A DNA stretch of 60,433 nucleotides, the filler included, from Methanobacteriota archaeon (GTDB taxonomy: Archaea > JACRDV01): assembly GCA_024860865.1 (NCBI GenBank). It is 9 parts of 9 records of this genome, joined end to end, with 100 filler letters (N's around TTAATTAATTAA, not from the genome) between each part and the next. Parts side by side here need not be neighbours in the genome. Positions count along the whole stretch, not along the records: positions 38,630 to 42,822 come from JACRDV010000045.1; positions 42,923 to 55,365 come from JACRDV010000048.1; 7 more parts are not named here. One strand, written 5' to 3'. The first letter of the stretch is position 1. Each line of letters opens with the position of its first letter. Below the pieces are notes generated by a model. The model was not told the origin of the DNA, did not search any database, and saw only the letters and a list, made by a program, of their open reading frames with translations. Below, piece after piece: positions 38,852 through 49,276 of the stretch. The position numbers were made by a program, and so were the translations under genes.

Positions 38852-40864
38852 ATGCTTCAGCCTTCTAGAATGAAGAGAATTAAGATAGTGGGATTAGAAA
38901 CTTATCGAGAGCAAATTATTCAAGTAATTCACGATTTGGGTTTAATTCAAATATGTAACTTAGGTGAGCAGTTAGAGCGCCCGGAATGGAAAGTTTTTTT
39001 AGGCAGGTCTGTGCCCCCTTCGGTCTTAAAAGATGTTATATCATGTTTAGCAAAAATCGACCGAACGCTCGAAATTCTCGAATCTATTGAGGGAGAAAAG
39101 GGCGGTACAGCGAAAGAGCTAGCTAAGTTTTTTATGCCGGAAAGAGTTAATCGAATTGTTGTTGAAAATATCCCAGCAGTTGAACTAATCTCTAAAGCAA
39201 ATAATATTTTAAACGAGATTGAAGCAAGAGTCGAAGAAAATCGAAAAAAAATTGAAAACATTGAAAACAGAGAACAAGAGTTAAGAACTCTAGAAAAAAT
39301 TGCACGAGATCTCTTACCACTTAATATTGACTTTGAGCATTTGTATGAGTCAGAGTTGATTTATGTTACAATTGGGAAAACTTCCGTTTCAGAATTTACT
39401 CAACTTAACCAATTATTAGATCAAGTTACGAATGAAGAGATTTTAGTTTATGAAAAATCATTAACTGAAAAAGAAAAAATTGTTTTAATCGCATCGCTTC
39501 AAATTTATAAAGCAAAAATTTTAGAAACCTTAAGAAAAGTTGACTTTGATCAATTTGAATTCCCTAAGGGCATAATTGGATCACCTCTCCAGGTCTTAAA
39601 AAATATAGAACAAGAGCTTAAAGATATTGATACTAAAGGGCATGCTGCAAGATTAGAATTACAAGAAATATCTCAAAATAAGAAACGAGAATTATATGCC
39701 ATAAGAGAACTGCTTGAGATAGAGAAGGAAAGGGAAGAAATCTGCATTAGGTTTGGTAAGACTGAACAGACTTTTGTACTAGATGGCTGGATTCCAGCAA
39801 AAGAAGAGGAAAAAGTTGTAAAAGCTCTGGACGAGGTAACTAATGGATTTGTTATAGTAAGAACGACCGATCCTACAGAACATGATGAGGTTCCAATTCA
39901 GCTTGAAAATTCCAGAATATTTAGGCCATTTGAATGGTTTATAGAGGCCTTCTCTCCGCCTAGGTATAATGAGATCGACCCCACCCCTATCTTTGCAATT
40001 ACATTTCCAATATTTTTTGGAATGTGTTTACCGGATGCAGGTTATGGAATTACAATTGCTGCTGTTTTTTCACTTATAGCGTTAGCTGCGAAAGAAACAA
40101 AGCAAAGCCTTTCTTATTTTTGTACGATTATCGCGATAGGAGGCATTTGGTCTATTATATGGGGATTTCTTGTTGGCGAATTTTTTGGAGAAACAATCGA
40201 AATTTCATCTCTTTGGCATAAACCACTAGAAAATCCAGTTATGTTTCTTGTTGTTGCATTGGTGATTGGAGTAATTCACCAACTCATTGGATTAGCCTTT
40301 GGAATTTATCAACACTTCCATGAGAGAGCATTTAGAGAAGGGTTGGGTGACCAAATAGCACGGTTGTTGCTCTTAATTGGAATAATTTTTGGAATTTGGA
40401 GTGTATACAAGGAGTTAATATTAATTGGGAAACCTCTTAATGCCCAAAATCTTATGGCAACATTTACTCATGGCATTGGTTTGTTTAGCATAATTCTAGT
40501 TTTAGCTTCACTCGTGTTAGTCGTAGGGTTTACTGGAGCTATAGGAATTCTTGAGCTTCCAGTATTTTTTAGCAATCTAGTCTCTTATTCACGACTTTTT
40601 GCACTTCTTATGGCCACTGGAGCTATGAGTATTGCCGCTAGTAAATTATCATTGATGTCTAGCAAGCTTCCTGTAATTGGAGCTATAGCAGGTGCCCTTA
40701 TTTTTATACTAATTCATGGGTTAGATATAGTGTTGGGCGGTTTAGAGGCATTCATTCAGCCGATAAGATTGCATTATTTAGAGTTCTTTAATCGGTTTTA
40801 TTCTGGGATGGGACAAAAATTTACTCCATTTAAAGCTATGCGCAAACTCACATTGATAAAATAA
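38852..40864 (+). CDS. atpI: A/V-type ATP synthase subunit I
   Basis: PRYNEIDPT, SYSRLFAL, RLHYLEFF. Confidence 0.95.
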   Translation: MLQPSRMKRIKIVGLETYREQIIQVIHDLGLIQICNLGEQLERPEWKVFLGRSVPPSVLKDVISCLAKIDRTLEILESIEGEKGGTAKELAKFFMPERVNRIVVENIPAVELISKANNILNEIEARVEENRKKIENIENREQELRTLEKIARDLLPLNIDFEHLYESELIYVTIGKTSVSEFTQLNQLLDQVTNEEILVYEKSLTEKEKIVLIASLQIYKAKILETLRKVDFDQFEFPKGIIGSPLQVLKNIEQELKDIDTKGHAARLELQEISQNKKRELYAIRELLEIEKEREEICIRFGKTEQTFVLDGWIPAKEEEKVVKALDEVTNGFVIVRTTDPTEHDEVPIQLENSRIFRPFEWFIEAFSPPRYNEIDPTPIFAITFPIFFGMCLPDAGYGITIAAVFSLIALAAKETKQSLSYFCTIIAIGGIWSIIWGFLVGEFFGETIEISSLWHKPLENPVMFLVVALVIGVIHQLIGLAFGIYQHFHERAFREGLGDQIARLLLLIGIIFGIWSVYKELILIGKPLNAQNLMATFTHGIGLFSIILVLASLVLVVGFTGAIGILELPVFFSNLVSYSRLFALLMATGAMSIAASKLSLMSSKLPVIGAIAGALIFILIHGLDIVLGGLEAFIQPIRLHYLEFFNRFYSGMGQKFTPFKAMRKLTLIK

Positions 40865-40878
40865 GGAGGTGGTATGAG

Positions 40879-41115
40879 TTGCCAATTGATATAGGAACTG
40901 GTTTAGCTGCCCTTGGAGTTGGAATTGCTATAGGAGTTGGGGCCTTAGGAACTGGAGCAGCTATGGGAAGCGTAGGAGCAGCATCAGTTGCAGCTATAAC
41001 TGAAAAACCTGAATTATTTGGCCGTGCGATAGTCTTCGTAGGTATAACAGAGAGTCCTGTAATCTTTTCGTTCGTTATTGCAGTATTGCTAATGGTATTT
41101 ACAATAATGGTGTAA
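40879..41115 (+). CDS. atpK: A-type ATP synthase subunit K (single hairpin proteolipid)
   Basis: EKPELFGRAIVFVGITES. Confidence 0.92.
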   Translation: MPIDIGTGLAALGVGIAIGVGALGTGAAMGSVGAASVAAITEKPELFGRAIVFVGITESPVIFSFVIAVLLMVFTIMV

Positions 41116-41121
41116 AAACAG

Positions 41122-41763
41122 ATGGCACAAGATAGAGCACAGAGAATTGCGGGAAAAATTAGGGATGGAACCAAAAAACAGGTTGAAAAAATTATTTCAG
41201 AAGCAATGGTTAGAGCTAACGAAATAAAGCAGCGCGCTGAAATGGCAGCAAAGGAGAAGAAAAAGCAAATTGTCGAGAAAGGACAAATACAGTGTAAGCT
41301 TGAAGAGCAGAGAATTATTGCTGAAGCCAAAATTAAAGCGAGACAGCTTAAGCTTAATGCTCAGGAAGAACTTTTAAATGAAGCTTTTAAAAGAGCCGAA
41401 GAACAGTTAAAAAAGATTGTTGAAAAGCCGGAGTATAAAAGCCATTTGCAACATTTGATTGAAGAAGCAGTTTCAAGCATAGGAAGCAGAGATCTTGAGA
41501 TAGTCTGTGGAGAGCGCGAAAGGGCAGTTCTTAAACAGAATAACTTTTTAGACGCGCTTTCGAAAGCTATCTCATCTAAAATGAATGCTCCAGTAAATTT
41601 AGACATTTCAAGTGAAACTGCAAATAAAATTGGCGGAGTCATAGTTCGAACAAAAGATAGAAGGATCGAAGTTGATAATACATTTGAAGCTAGAATGCAA
41701 CGTCTCAAGGATTCATTAAGAACCAAAGTTGCACATATTTTGTTTTCAAAAGAAATAGCATAG
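41122..41763 (+). CDS. atpE: A-type ATP synthase subunit E
   Basis: Coiled N-terminus, IGGVIV...VDNTFEAR. Confidence 0.92.
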   Translation: MAQDRAQRIAGKIRDGTKKQVEKIISEAMVRANEIKQRAEMAAKEKKKQIVEKGQIQCKLEEQRIIAEAKIKARQLKLNAQEELLNEAFKRAEEQLKKIVEKPEYKSHLQHLIEEAVSSIGSRDLEIVCGERERAVLKQNNFLDALSKAISSKMNAPVNLDISSETANKIGGVIVRTKDRRIEVDNTFEARMQRLKDSLRTKVAHILFSKEIA

Positions 41764-41767
41764 AGTA

Positions 41768-42822
41768 ATGCGGTGCACCCTCTTGAGCAGTGGATATTCA
41801 TATTCTGGCTTACTTTTTTCATTGTTAATTATTGTCATATTATTTGCTACAGTATTTGCCTTCATTCCAATTAAATCAGTTGAAGTCGTGGTATTAGTTA
41901 TAGTTGGCGCTATAGTTGGAGTTGCTGTAGCTTTGCCCTTTACTTTTGTTGGGGGATCAGCAGCTTCAATTTATGCTTATCCTATTGTAAGAGTTGCAGC
42001 TATGAGAAGTAGATTGGTCACTGAATCAAAGATTGATGAAATAGTTCGAGCTGAAAATTTAGCTGAAATAATTGCAATTTTGGAAGGCACGGATTGTGGG
42101 AAGCACTTGAATCAAGCTATGAGCGAATACGACAAAATCGGTGTTATAGCACTGGAAAGGTCGCTCAATCAGCATTTGGTTGATGTTTACAAAACTACTC
42201 TTGGTATAGTTCCGGACGAGATTAAATCATTACTCAAGATGTTGGCAAGAAAATGGGAAATTAAAAACTTAAAAACTATTTTCAGAGCAAAGCATGTTGG
42301 GTTACCAAAGAAGGAGTTGGAGGCATCTCTTCTTCCATTTGAAGGTTTGCTACATTCAGGGTTAGTAAAACAGATAATTGAAGTAGAGTCAATTGAAGAA
42401 ATTTTTAGACTGCTTTCAGATATGAAATATGGAATAATATTAAAAGAAGCAATCGAAGAGTATCAAAAAAGAAAATCGTTAGTTATAATAGATGCAGCAC
42501 TGGATCGATATTATTATGGAGAGACGGCGAAAGTATTGTATCAACTCGGTGTAAGAGGACGAGACGTTAAGCGTTTATTTGAGTTAGAAGTCGATATAAC
42601 TAATCTTAAAATTATTTTAAGATGCAAAAAGGAGAATATTCCAAAGGAAGAAGTTGCTAAATTTTTGATTCCATTCGGTTTTGAATTAGTCGGTAAAAGG
42701 TTGGAAGAATTAATTGAGGCTGAAAATATCGAAACAGTACTGAGTAGACTGGAAGGTACATCTTATATTGAAATTTTGAATGCTGTCAGAACCGAGTACG
42801 AAAAAACAGGGTCGCTATTGCC
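41768..42822 (+). CDS. atpC: A-type ATP synthase subunit C (cut by gap)
   Basis: YAYPIVRVAAMRSRL, WEIKNLKTIFR, EVDITNLKIILR. Confidence 0.9.
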
Positions 42823-42922
42823 NNNNNNNNNNNNNNNNNNNNNNNNNNNNNNNNNNNNNNNNNNNNTTAATTAATTAANNNNNNNNNNNNNNNNNNNNNN
42901 NNNNNNNNNNNNNNNNNNNNNN

Positions 42923-43233
42923 AATACCGCTAGAGCAAGGACGATTATAGAGATTATAGAATGGAAAATAACAATAGGCAAGTATACATACTTATAGGCA
43001 ATTGGAAAAGTTAGTTTAGGAAACTCTGTGCGTCCTTCTATTAATGATTTTACCATATAACTCACTAGAAAACCGATATCAAGGGCAAGAGCTGATAGCA
43101 TTATTCTATGATGGAAAATACTTTTGTGCTTTCGAGCATAAAGCACCCCTATTGTAAAAGCGATTGTTGTGCATATTTCTAAAACCATGCTTAAATCAGA
43201 GTAGAAGCCAGCTTTTGTACCTAAAAAACCCAT
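42923..43233 (-). CDS. DUF420 membrane protein (5' part)
   Basis: HHRIML, FLVSY, IVIFHSIIS. Confidence 0.75.
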
Positions 43234-43574
43234 GTGAAAATGTTAATGGAATCATTTTAATAAGCCTTTCTTTAGAGGGCAAACCCCGCGTTTCGATAAC
43301 AGAACCTATGAAAAAAGCGAGAGGGTCTATTTTTCGAGATTTTTCGCCTTTCTATGAAGAGTTAAAAACTTTGAAGCAAATCGGGCTCTTTAATTTTTAT
43401 ATATTAAAACTGCAGTTCCGTAGTTGTAATTAAAATCCATCCAACTTGGATGCTCCAAGGGTCTAAACTCTTTGCAATATCGTAAACTATGTGCAAGCCT
43501 AATTCTCGGCGTAGCGCCCGAAGACCTGTCCTGGCTTGATGCTGATTTTCTGCATTCCGATGCATTAATTTTAT

Positions 43575-43620
43575 ATACACTGGTGCATCTATACATTAGT
43601 GTATAAATACACTGGTGAGT
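43575..43620 (+). promoter_or_regulatory. Three 14-bp quasi-palindromic repeats at 16-nt spacing before the ATPase gene
   Basis: ATACACTGGTGCAT, ATACATTAGTGTAT, ATACACTGGTGAGT. Confidence 0.6.
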
Positions 43621-43622
43621 AA

Positions 43623-44717
43623 TTGAGGATTGGAAAAGAAGTCGTAGGTGAAGGATTCATCGACAGAGAGAAAGAGTTGAGGAAAATTAGAGGATTAATC
43701 CAAAAAAGTAACATAGTCATTTACGGTCCTCGACGCATAGGAAAAAGCTCATTGATGTTAGAGGCGGCAAGACGGTTGAGGCGAAGATACGCTTGTGTCA
43801 GAATAGATGTGCGGCGCCTCATCCCGCTCGATCATAAAAATTTTATCAAGCACCTCGGGCTAGCTGCACTTGAAGCTTACAGCGATGCAACCGGTGAAAA
43901 GCTTTTGCTATTTGTTGAACGAGTGAAAATGGAGCTACCTGAGTTGTTGAGTCGCATTCGCGTGCACATTAAAGACTGGGTTGAGCTGAGCATTGCTCCA
44001 AGCCCAGACCTCACGGATTTCCTAAAACGTACTTTTGAGATGGGCGAGCAACTTTCTTGGAAAGCTAAGAAAGATTTCATCCTGATGATAGATGAGCTAC
44101 CGGGACTCGTGAGGTTAACGAAGGGGCGCCCCGACAAAAAAGATCTCGATTTTCTATGGGCGCTCCGCGGTCACATGAATGAAGCAAAACATGTGCATTA
44201 CATTGTCTCCGGCTCGGAGGTAGGGATGATGGAACGCCTCTGCGGTTCTAGGGAAGCGCCGTTCTACGGTTCGCTCATCCCGATAAAACTCGGCGGGCTC
44301 GAGAGGAGAAGCTCGTTGAAGTTTTTGGAGATGTTCATACCAAGCGAGTTCGCGAACGTCATTGTTAAAGAAACCTCATGTTTTCCCTTGTACCTGCAAG
44401 CTTACGCGACTGCTGCAAAGCTGGATGGTAAAACTCTCGAGAGCCTCCATACCTCCGTATTCGAGCTACTTCACCTGCACTTCAGCGACCTAGAGAACCA
44501 TCTCTCGCCACAGCAGCGACTGATCCTCAGAACTATGGCGTCAAAAAACATTAGGACGACGCGAGAGACATCAAAGGCGTTAGAGATGCCATACACAACC
44601 ATACATTCAAACCTCGAGAGGGCAGTCCTTACTGGTTTTTTGCAGAAGGTTGGTGAGGGAAAGTACGAGTTCACCGACCCGCTATTTCCAAAGTGGTTGG
44701 CCCTGCCTCTCCTATAA
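43623..44717 (+). CDS. Archaeal ATPase (STAND-like) with C-terminal winged helix
   Basis: FIDREKEL, GPRRIGKSSL, MIDELP, SGS, FTDPLF. Confidence 0.88.
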   Translation: MRIGKEVVGEGFIDREKELRKIRGLIQKSNIVIYGPRRIGKSSLMLEAARRLRRRYACVRIDVRRLIPLDHKNFIKHLGLAALEAYSDATGEKLLLFVERVKMELPELLSRIRVHIKDWVELSIAPSPDLTDFLKRTFEMGEQLSWKAKKDFILMIDELPGLVRLTKGRPDKKDLDFLWALRGHMNEAKHVHYIVSGSEVGMMERLCGSREAPFYGSLIPIKLGGLERRSSLKFLEMFIPSEFANVIVKETSCFPLYLQAYATAAKLDGKTLESLHTSVFELLHLHFSDLENHLSPQQRLILRTMASKNIRTTRETSKALEMPYTTIHSNLERAVLTGFLQKVGEGKYEFTDPLFPKWLALPLL

Positions 44718-44747
44718 ACTGGTGGCTGGGATATAGATTAACGATTG

Positions 44748-44924
44748 ATTAATAGGCAGCTTAATGCTGCTCTTAATCTATTAAAAACCCAAAATGAAGG
44801 AGTGCGGTTCGCTCCGAATAGCTGGGCGAATGTAGTTTTGATGCGGAACGAGGGATTAATGAACTCTAATCCGCTGAGCATAAGCCCAGAAGTTGCAAGC
44901 GCGCCTAATATGCAACAGAACTAG
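44748..44924 (+). pseudogene. 3' remnant of a tnpB gene and element right end
   Basis: INRQLNAALNLL resembles the TnpB RuvC-III motif DRDxNAAxNI. Confidence 0.6.
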
Positions 44925-46465
44925 AATAACTCCATATCTTGAACATAACTTTTGCCAGTTTTTAAAGAAGTCTCAGCTTTTTCTAACTCTCTACCTAAAT
45001 ATGCTGCATGGTCAAATCTAGAAATAAGATTATGGCTAATAATTGTATCGCAAATCGCTTTTGCAGATTTTCCTTTGATAATTAAATTTTGTTTACCTTG
45101 TGGAGAATATTGAATGACTACAATTTTGTCTTTGTCAATTAGAATCTTGAAAATCCCCTTTGGATCTCCTACAAAAACTTCGCTTTCTTGAGAATTAATC
45201 ATTTCAACATCTTTTTCAATTGTTGGATCATATTCTTCTCCACGTCCGATTTTTTCTTTTACAGCCAATAAATCAATTCCAATATCTTTTGGATGTGAAC
45301 CTCTTTGTCTCGCCAACATCATCATTTTACTTGCTGTTAAAAGTTCTTCAACCGAACCTTTTGTTTTGGATGAAGCTTCAGGGGTAAAAATTATACTTAC
45401 GCCTAACTCGAAAGCTATGCCGGCTAGAAGAGCATTAACCCCAATTGAATCAGCATCAATTAATTCTACCACATTCCCAGCGCCAAAGAACAGTGGAACA
45501 GTTGGATTTCTTTGCGCAAACTCATAATATGCAACAATCGATTCAACCAATCCAAAATTAATCGGATCAAGAACCGGATCAGCAATAATTTTAGAAATAC
45601 CAAGTTGATGTGCAAGCTTAATGTTGCTTTCAAGTGATTGAACTCGTTCATATGGCTTTTTTGGAATTTCTCCATTACCAGGTAAAATAACTACCGGGAT
45701 ATTTTTTACTGCTTCCGCTACTTGCTCTACATTGCTTCGATTTATACTTAAAACTAAATCAGCGCCTGCTTTAACTCCTGCTTTAATTTCATCCGGGTCA
45801 GCAGTATCGATGCTAACAGAAACTTTAAGTTCAGTTTTTATTTTTCCAATCATTTCTTCAATTTTTTCTGGCCGAGGTTGATTAGCAATCATCCCAAGGT
45901 CAATCATATGAGCGCCTGAAGCAACATAGTATTTTGCTCTCTCAATGAGTTGAAATGTAGTTAAAGCTGGGGCGTTGACTATTTCAGCTAAAATTCTTGC
46001 TGGAAAATCTTTTCCAATAGGTAATTCTCCAATTAAAAAATTGCCAGGCTTTTTGAGCAAATTTTGGATATCAAGCTTTTGTTCAAATTCTTTTAATTGC
46101 TTTAAGGCTCTTTCTTTGAGTTTACTTGAAAGGAGTTTATCAGCAGGAATTGCTGCTGAAAGTTGGACATCAGCTAGGTTATCCAACACAAATGGTAGAT
46201 CAGCAACATCCCTAGGGCCCTTAAATGTAGGTATCCCAATTGATTTTTCAACTTCTGAGACATCAGCATGTACTAGGCCAGGAACTAAAATTAGATCAAA
46301 CTCCTTTAAATCAAGGCGCATTAAAAAATTTTTAATTATAGTTGGGCTTAAGAAAGCAGCAATTGGAACTGACAAATCAACTACAGTGGTTTCTGCCTTG
46401 CTTAACTTAGAAAGGTTTTTTACTCTGTCCTTTGCAAGTTGACCAGTAACTAATAATACCTTCAA
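44921..46465 (-). CDS. Dihydropteroate synthase-like protein with DUF4346 C-terminus
   Basis: LLVTGQLA, ILAEIVNAP, SIDT, IIADPVL, ELIDADSIG, HAAYLGREL. Confidence 0.9.
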   Translation of the reverse strand: MKVLLVTGQLAKDRVKNLSKLSKAETTVVDLSVPIAAFLSPTIIKNFLMRLDLKEFDLILVPGLVHADVSEVEKSIGIPTFKGPRDVADLPFVLDNLADVQLSAAIPADKLLSSKLKERALKQLKEFEQKLDIQNLLKKPGNFLIGELPIGKDFPARILAEIVNAPALTTFQLIERAKYYVASGAHMIDLGMIANQPRPEKIEEMIGKIKTELKVSVSIDTADPDEIKAGVKAGADLVLSINRSNVEQVAEAVKNIPVVILPGNGEIPKKPYERVQSLESNIKLAHQLGISKIIADPVLDPINFGLVESIVAYYEFAQRNPTVPLFFGAGNVVELIDADSIGVNALLAGIAFELGVSIIFTPEASSKTKGSVEELLTASKMMMLARQRGSHPKDIGIDLLAVKEKIGRGEEYDPTIEKDVEMINSQESEVFVGDPKGIFKILIDKDKIVVIQYSPQGKQNLIIKGKSAKAICDTIISHNLISRFDHAAYLGRELEKAETSLKTGKSYVQDMELF

Positions 46466-46475
46466 GGTAATCACT

Positions 46476-47069
46476 TTGCTTAGCAAATATAAAGAACAAG
46501 GAGATAGAATTTTTGGCGGCTTAGGGAGAGCTTTAGGCGATTTAGGTTTAACTCCAAATATGATAACTTTTCTTAGTTTCATTTGTGCTACATTGGTAGG
46601 AGTTGCCTTTGCTTTAAAATTTCTACTTCTCGCAGGGTTATTAACTATTTTAACTGGATTTTTTGATGTCCTCGATGGAGTAACTGCCCGTGTAACTAAG
46701 CAAACAACAAAGTTTGGCGGAGTTTTTGATTCTATTTTGGACCGATATTCTGAAGTTATTATCTTTGCCGGAATTATATGGTATGGAGTTAATTGGATAA
46801 TCGGGTTGCTAGCACTTGCAGGTTCATTATTGGTGAGTTATACTAGAGCTAAAGGTGAGATTTTAGGCATTCAAATGTCAGGAGTTGGATTTGCAGAAAG
46901 ATTGGAGAGATTAATTTTACTTGCCCTTGGAGCAATTACTGCTTTTCTGATTCCTCAAGTCTTTGGATTTTTAACTCTTGGGTTATTTGTTGTTCTAATT
47001 GCCCTTTTGTCTCATATTACTGCTTTACATAGGTTCTTCTATATTTGGCAACAACTTAAAAAGCAGTGA
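46476..47069 (+). CDS. CDP-alcohol phosphatidyltransferase (probable archaetidylinositol phosphate synthase)
   Basis: TPNMIT, DVLDGVTAR...GGVFDSILDR, VSYTRAKGE; close to ino1. Confidence 0.88.
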   Translation: MLSKYKEQGDRIFGGLGRALGDLGLTPNMITFLSFICATLVGVAFALKFLLLAGLLTILTGFFDVLDGVTARVTKQTTKFGGVFDSILDRYSEVIIFAGIIWYGVNWIIGLLALAGSLLVSYTRAKGEILGIQMSGVGFAERLERLILLALGAITAFLIPQVFGFLTLGLFVVLIALLSHITALHRFFYIWQQLKKQ

Positions 47070-47075
47070 AGGAAA

Positions 47076-47702
47076 TTGCTTAAAGTAGATTTACACATTC
47101 ATACAAAATATTCTTTTGATTCAAAATCTTCCATTGAAGAAATTATTGAAAAAGCAATTGAGAGAAAATTAGATGCTGTTGCCATAACTGACCACAATAG
47201 CTACGAAGGTTGCTTACAAATCAAGCAAATAGAATTACCTAAAAACTTAATAATTATTCCTGGAATTGAATTGCGCACAAAAGAAGGCGATATTTTACTT
47301 TTAAATACCATGCATAGATTTGAAAAAGGTCTTTCTCTCTTTAAAGTTTTAGAAGTTGCTCAGAAGTTTAGAATAATCACAATAGCTCCACATCCATTCG
47401 CTATAACACAGCCTGGGATCAAAGATTTTATTAAATTAGAAGAAATAAACGCAGTAGAAGTTATTAATGGCAGAGATTTTTTTGGTAGAGCAAATTATAA
47501 AGCATTAAAAGCAGCCCAAGGATATAAAAAAATTGGGATTGCTTGCAGTGATGCGCATAGCGCTGATGATGTGGGGAATGTTTATACTTTAGTTGAAGCA
47601 GAACAGTCAATAGCTAGCATTTTGAACTCTATCATTGGGGGAAAAATAAAAATCCCGGAGCAATTTCTGCCATCTAAATTTTGGTCAAAACTTGGATTCT
47701 AA
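47076..47702 (+). CDS. PHP-domain phosphoesterase
   Basis: DLHIHT, AITDHN, PHPF, SDAH. Confidence 0.9.
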   Translation: MLKVDLHIHTKYSFDSKSSIEEIIEKAIERKLDAVAITDHNSYEGCLQIKQIELPKNLIIIPGIELRTKEGDILLLNTMHRFEKGLSLFKVLEVAQKFRIITIAPHPFAITQPGIKDFIKLEEINAVEVINGRDFFGRANYKALKAAQGYKKIGIACSDAHSADDVGNVYTLVEAEQSIASILNSIIGGKIKIPEQFLPSKFWSKLGF

Positions 47703-47707
47703 AAATA

Positions 47708-48046
47708 TTAATTACTTTTATCAAATAAAGTACGAATTAAACTTTCTAAATATTCTTTTGCTTTTAAAAGGAGTTCTTCACCCTTTGGGGTAATTCTATA
47801 ATATTTCCTAGGCAAAATTTCACCGTTTTGCCACTCAGACATAACATAACCTTTGCCTTCTAATCGGTATAGAACGACATATGCAGTAATTATTGCTGGT
47901 TCCCAACCAAATCGTTTTTTAATTTCGCTCTGGATCTCATAGGCATACATTGGGCGCTCTTTTAAAAGTCTGAGAACATACATCCAAAGATTTTCATAAG
48001 TGGTTTTGTCCCTTAACCTATCGATAGGCAGACGTTCAAGAGGCAT
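47708..48046 (-). CDS. PadR family regulator
   Basis: PMYAYEI, YVVLYRLE, RKYYRITPKG. Confidence 0.92.
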   Translation of the reverse strand: MPLERLPIDRLRDKTTYENLWMYVLRLLKERPMYAYEIQSEIKKRFGWEPAIITAYVVLYRLEGKGYVMSEWQNGEILPRKYYRITPKGEELLLKAKEYLESLIRTLFDKSN

Positions 48047-48053
48047 GTTAGAT

Positions 48054-48131
48054 ATTTTATGACCGTAAAATATATTAATTTAGCTGTTTATACTACTTTT
48101 AGGCTTATTTAGAATTTTATTGTCATAAAAT
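48054..48131. promoter_or_regulatory. Pair of palindromic operators in the padR/ino1 divergent promoter
   Basis: ATTTTATGACCGTAAAAT 48054-71 and ATTTTATTGTCATAAAAT 48114-31 (16/18 identical in inverted orientation). Confidence 0.7.
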
Positions 48132-48141
48132 AAGGGTCTCT

Positions 48142-49227
48142 ATGACGGAAATTCGCGTTGCGATAGCTGGAGTTGGCAATGTTGCATCAGCTCTTGTGCA
48201 AGGAATAGCGTTTTATGCTCAAGCAGAGAACGAAGACAGCATTTTAGGTCTAATGCACCCTGAGATAAATGGATACAAAGTAAATGACATTAAAATTGTT
48301 GCTGCTTTTGATGTGAATAAGCACAAAATTGGAAAAGATATCAGCCAAGCTATTTTTCTTGAGCCAAACAATTGCCTCATATTTTCAGAAGTCCCGAAAA
48401 TTGGAATTGAGGTGAAGAAGGGACCAGTGCTTGATGGGATTGGAGAAACATTAGTTGATTCAGTTCCAGTGGATGAAAACCAAAAGCCTGTTGACGTTAA
48501 AAAAGAGCTTGAAAATTCCAATGCCGATGTTTTAGTGAATTTAGTTCCTGTTGGATCTGATAAAGCAGCTAAATTCTATGCTGAGGCCGCAATTGATGCT
48601 GGCTGCGCAGTTATAAATGGAATGCCTGCATTTGTCGCAAATAATAAAGAAATTGTTGCTAAAGCTGAAAAAAGTGGAGTTCCAGTAATCGGAGATGATG
48701 TTAAATCTCAAGTTGGGGCAACTATTGTTCATAGGGCATTAGTTGATTTACTAGTAAACCGCGGTGTGAGACTCAAGAATACTTACCAATTAAATTTTGG
48801 CGGGGACATGGACTTTAAAAATATGCTTTCAAGAGAGAGGCTAAAAACAAAAAAAATCACAAAAACTGAAGCTGTTCGGAGTTTGATACCTGAGGATTAT
48901 AGGGAGAGAGTCGGAATTCACATCGGACCAAGCGATTATGTTCCATTTTTAAACAACCAAAAAATTGCTTACATAAGGGTCGAAGGAGAGAAGTTTGGTA
49001 GAGTTCCAATGTATATAGATGTAAAATTGCATGTCCATGATGCCCCAAACTCTGCCGGTTGTTTAGTTGATTGTATTCGATGTGCAAAAATTGGATTAGA
49101 TCGGGGCATCAGCGGAATTTTATATTCGCCTTCTGCGGCATATATGAAATATCCCCCTGAGAAGATGCCGGATCCACAAGCATTTAAATCACTCGAAGAG
49201 TTCATAACAGGGAAAAGAGAACGTTAG
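48142..49227 (+). CDS. ino1: myo-inositol-1-phosphate synthase
   Basis: GVGNVASALVQG, GDDVKSQVGATIVHR, QLNFGG, DAPNSAG. Confidence 0.95.
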   Translation: MTEIRVAIAGVGNVASALVQGIAFYAQAENEDSILGLMHPEINGYKVNDIKIVAAFDVNKHKIGKDISQAIFLEPNNCLIFSEVPKIGIEVKKGPVLDGIGETLVDSVPVDENQKPVDVKKELENSNADVLVNLVPVGSDKAAKFYAEAAIDAGCAVINGMPAFVANNKEIVAKAEKSGVPVIGDDVKSQVGATIVHRALVDLLVNRGVRLKNTYQLNFGGDMDFKNMLSRERLKTKKITKTEAVRSLIPEDYRERVGIHIGPSDYVPFLNNQKIAYIRVEGEKFGRVPMYIDVKLHVHDAPNSAGCLVDCIRCAKIGLDRGISGILYSPSAAYMKYPPEKMPDPQAFKSLEEFITGKRER

Positions 49228-49276
49228 TTTGCAAAACTAAAAAAACTTGAAGAACATACTCTATGCAGGTGATAAT

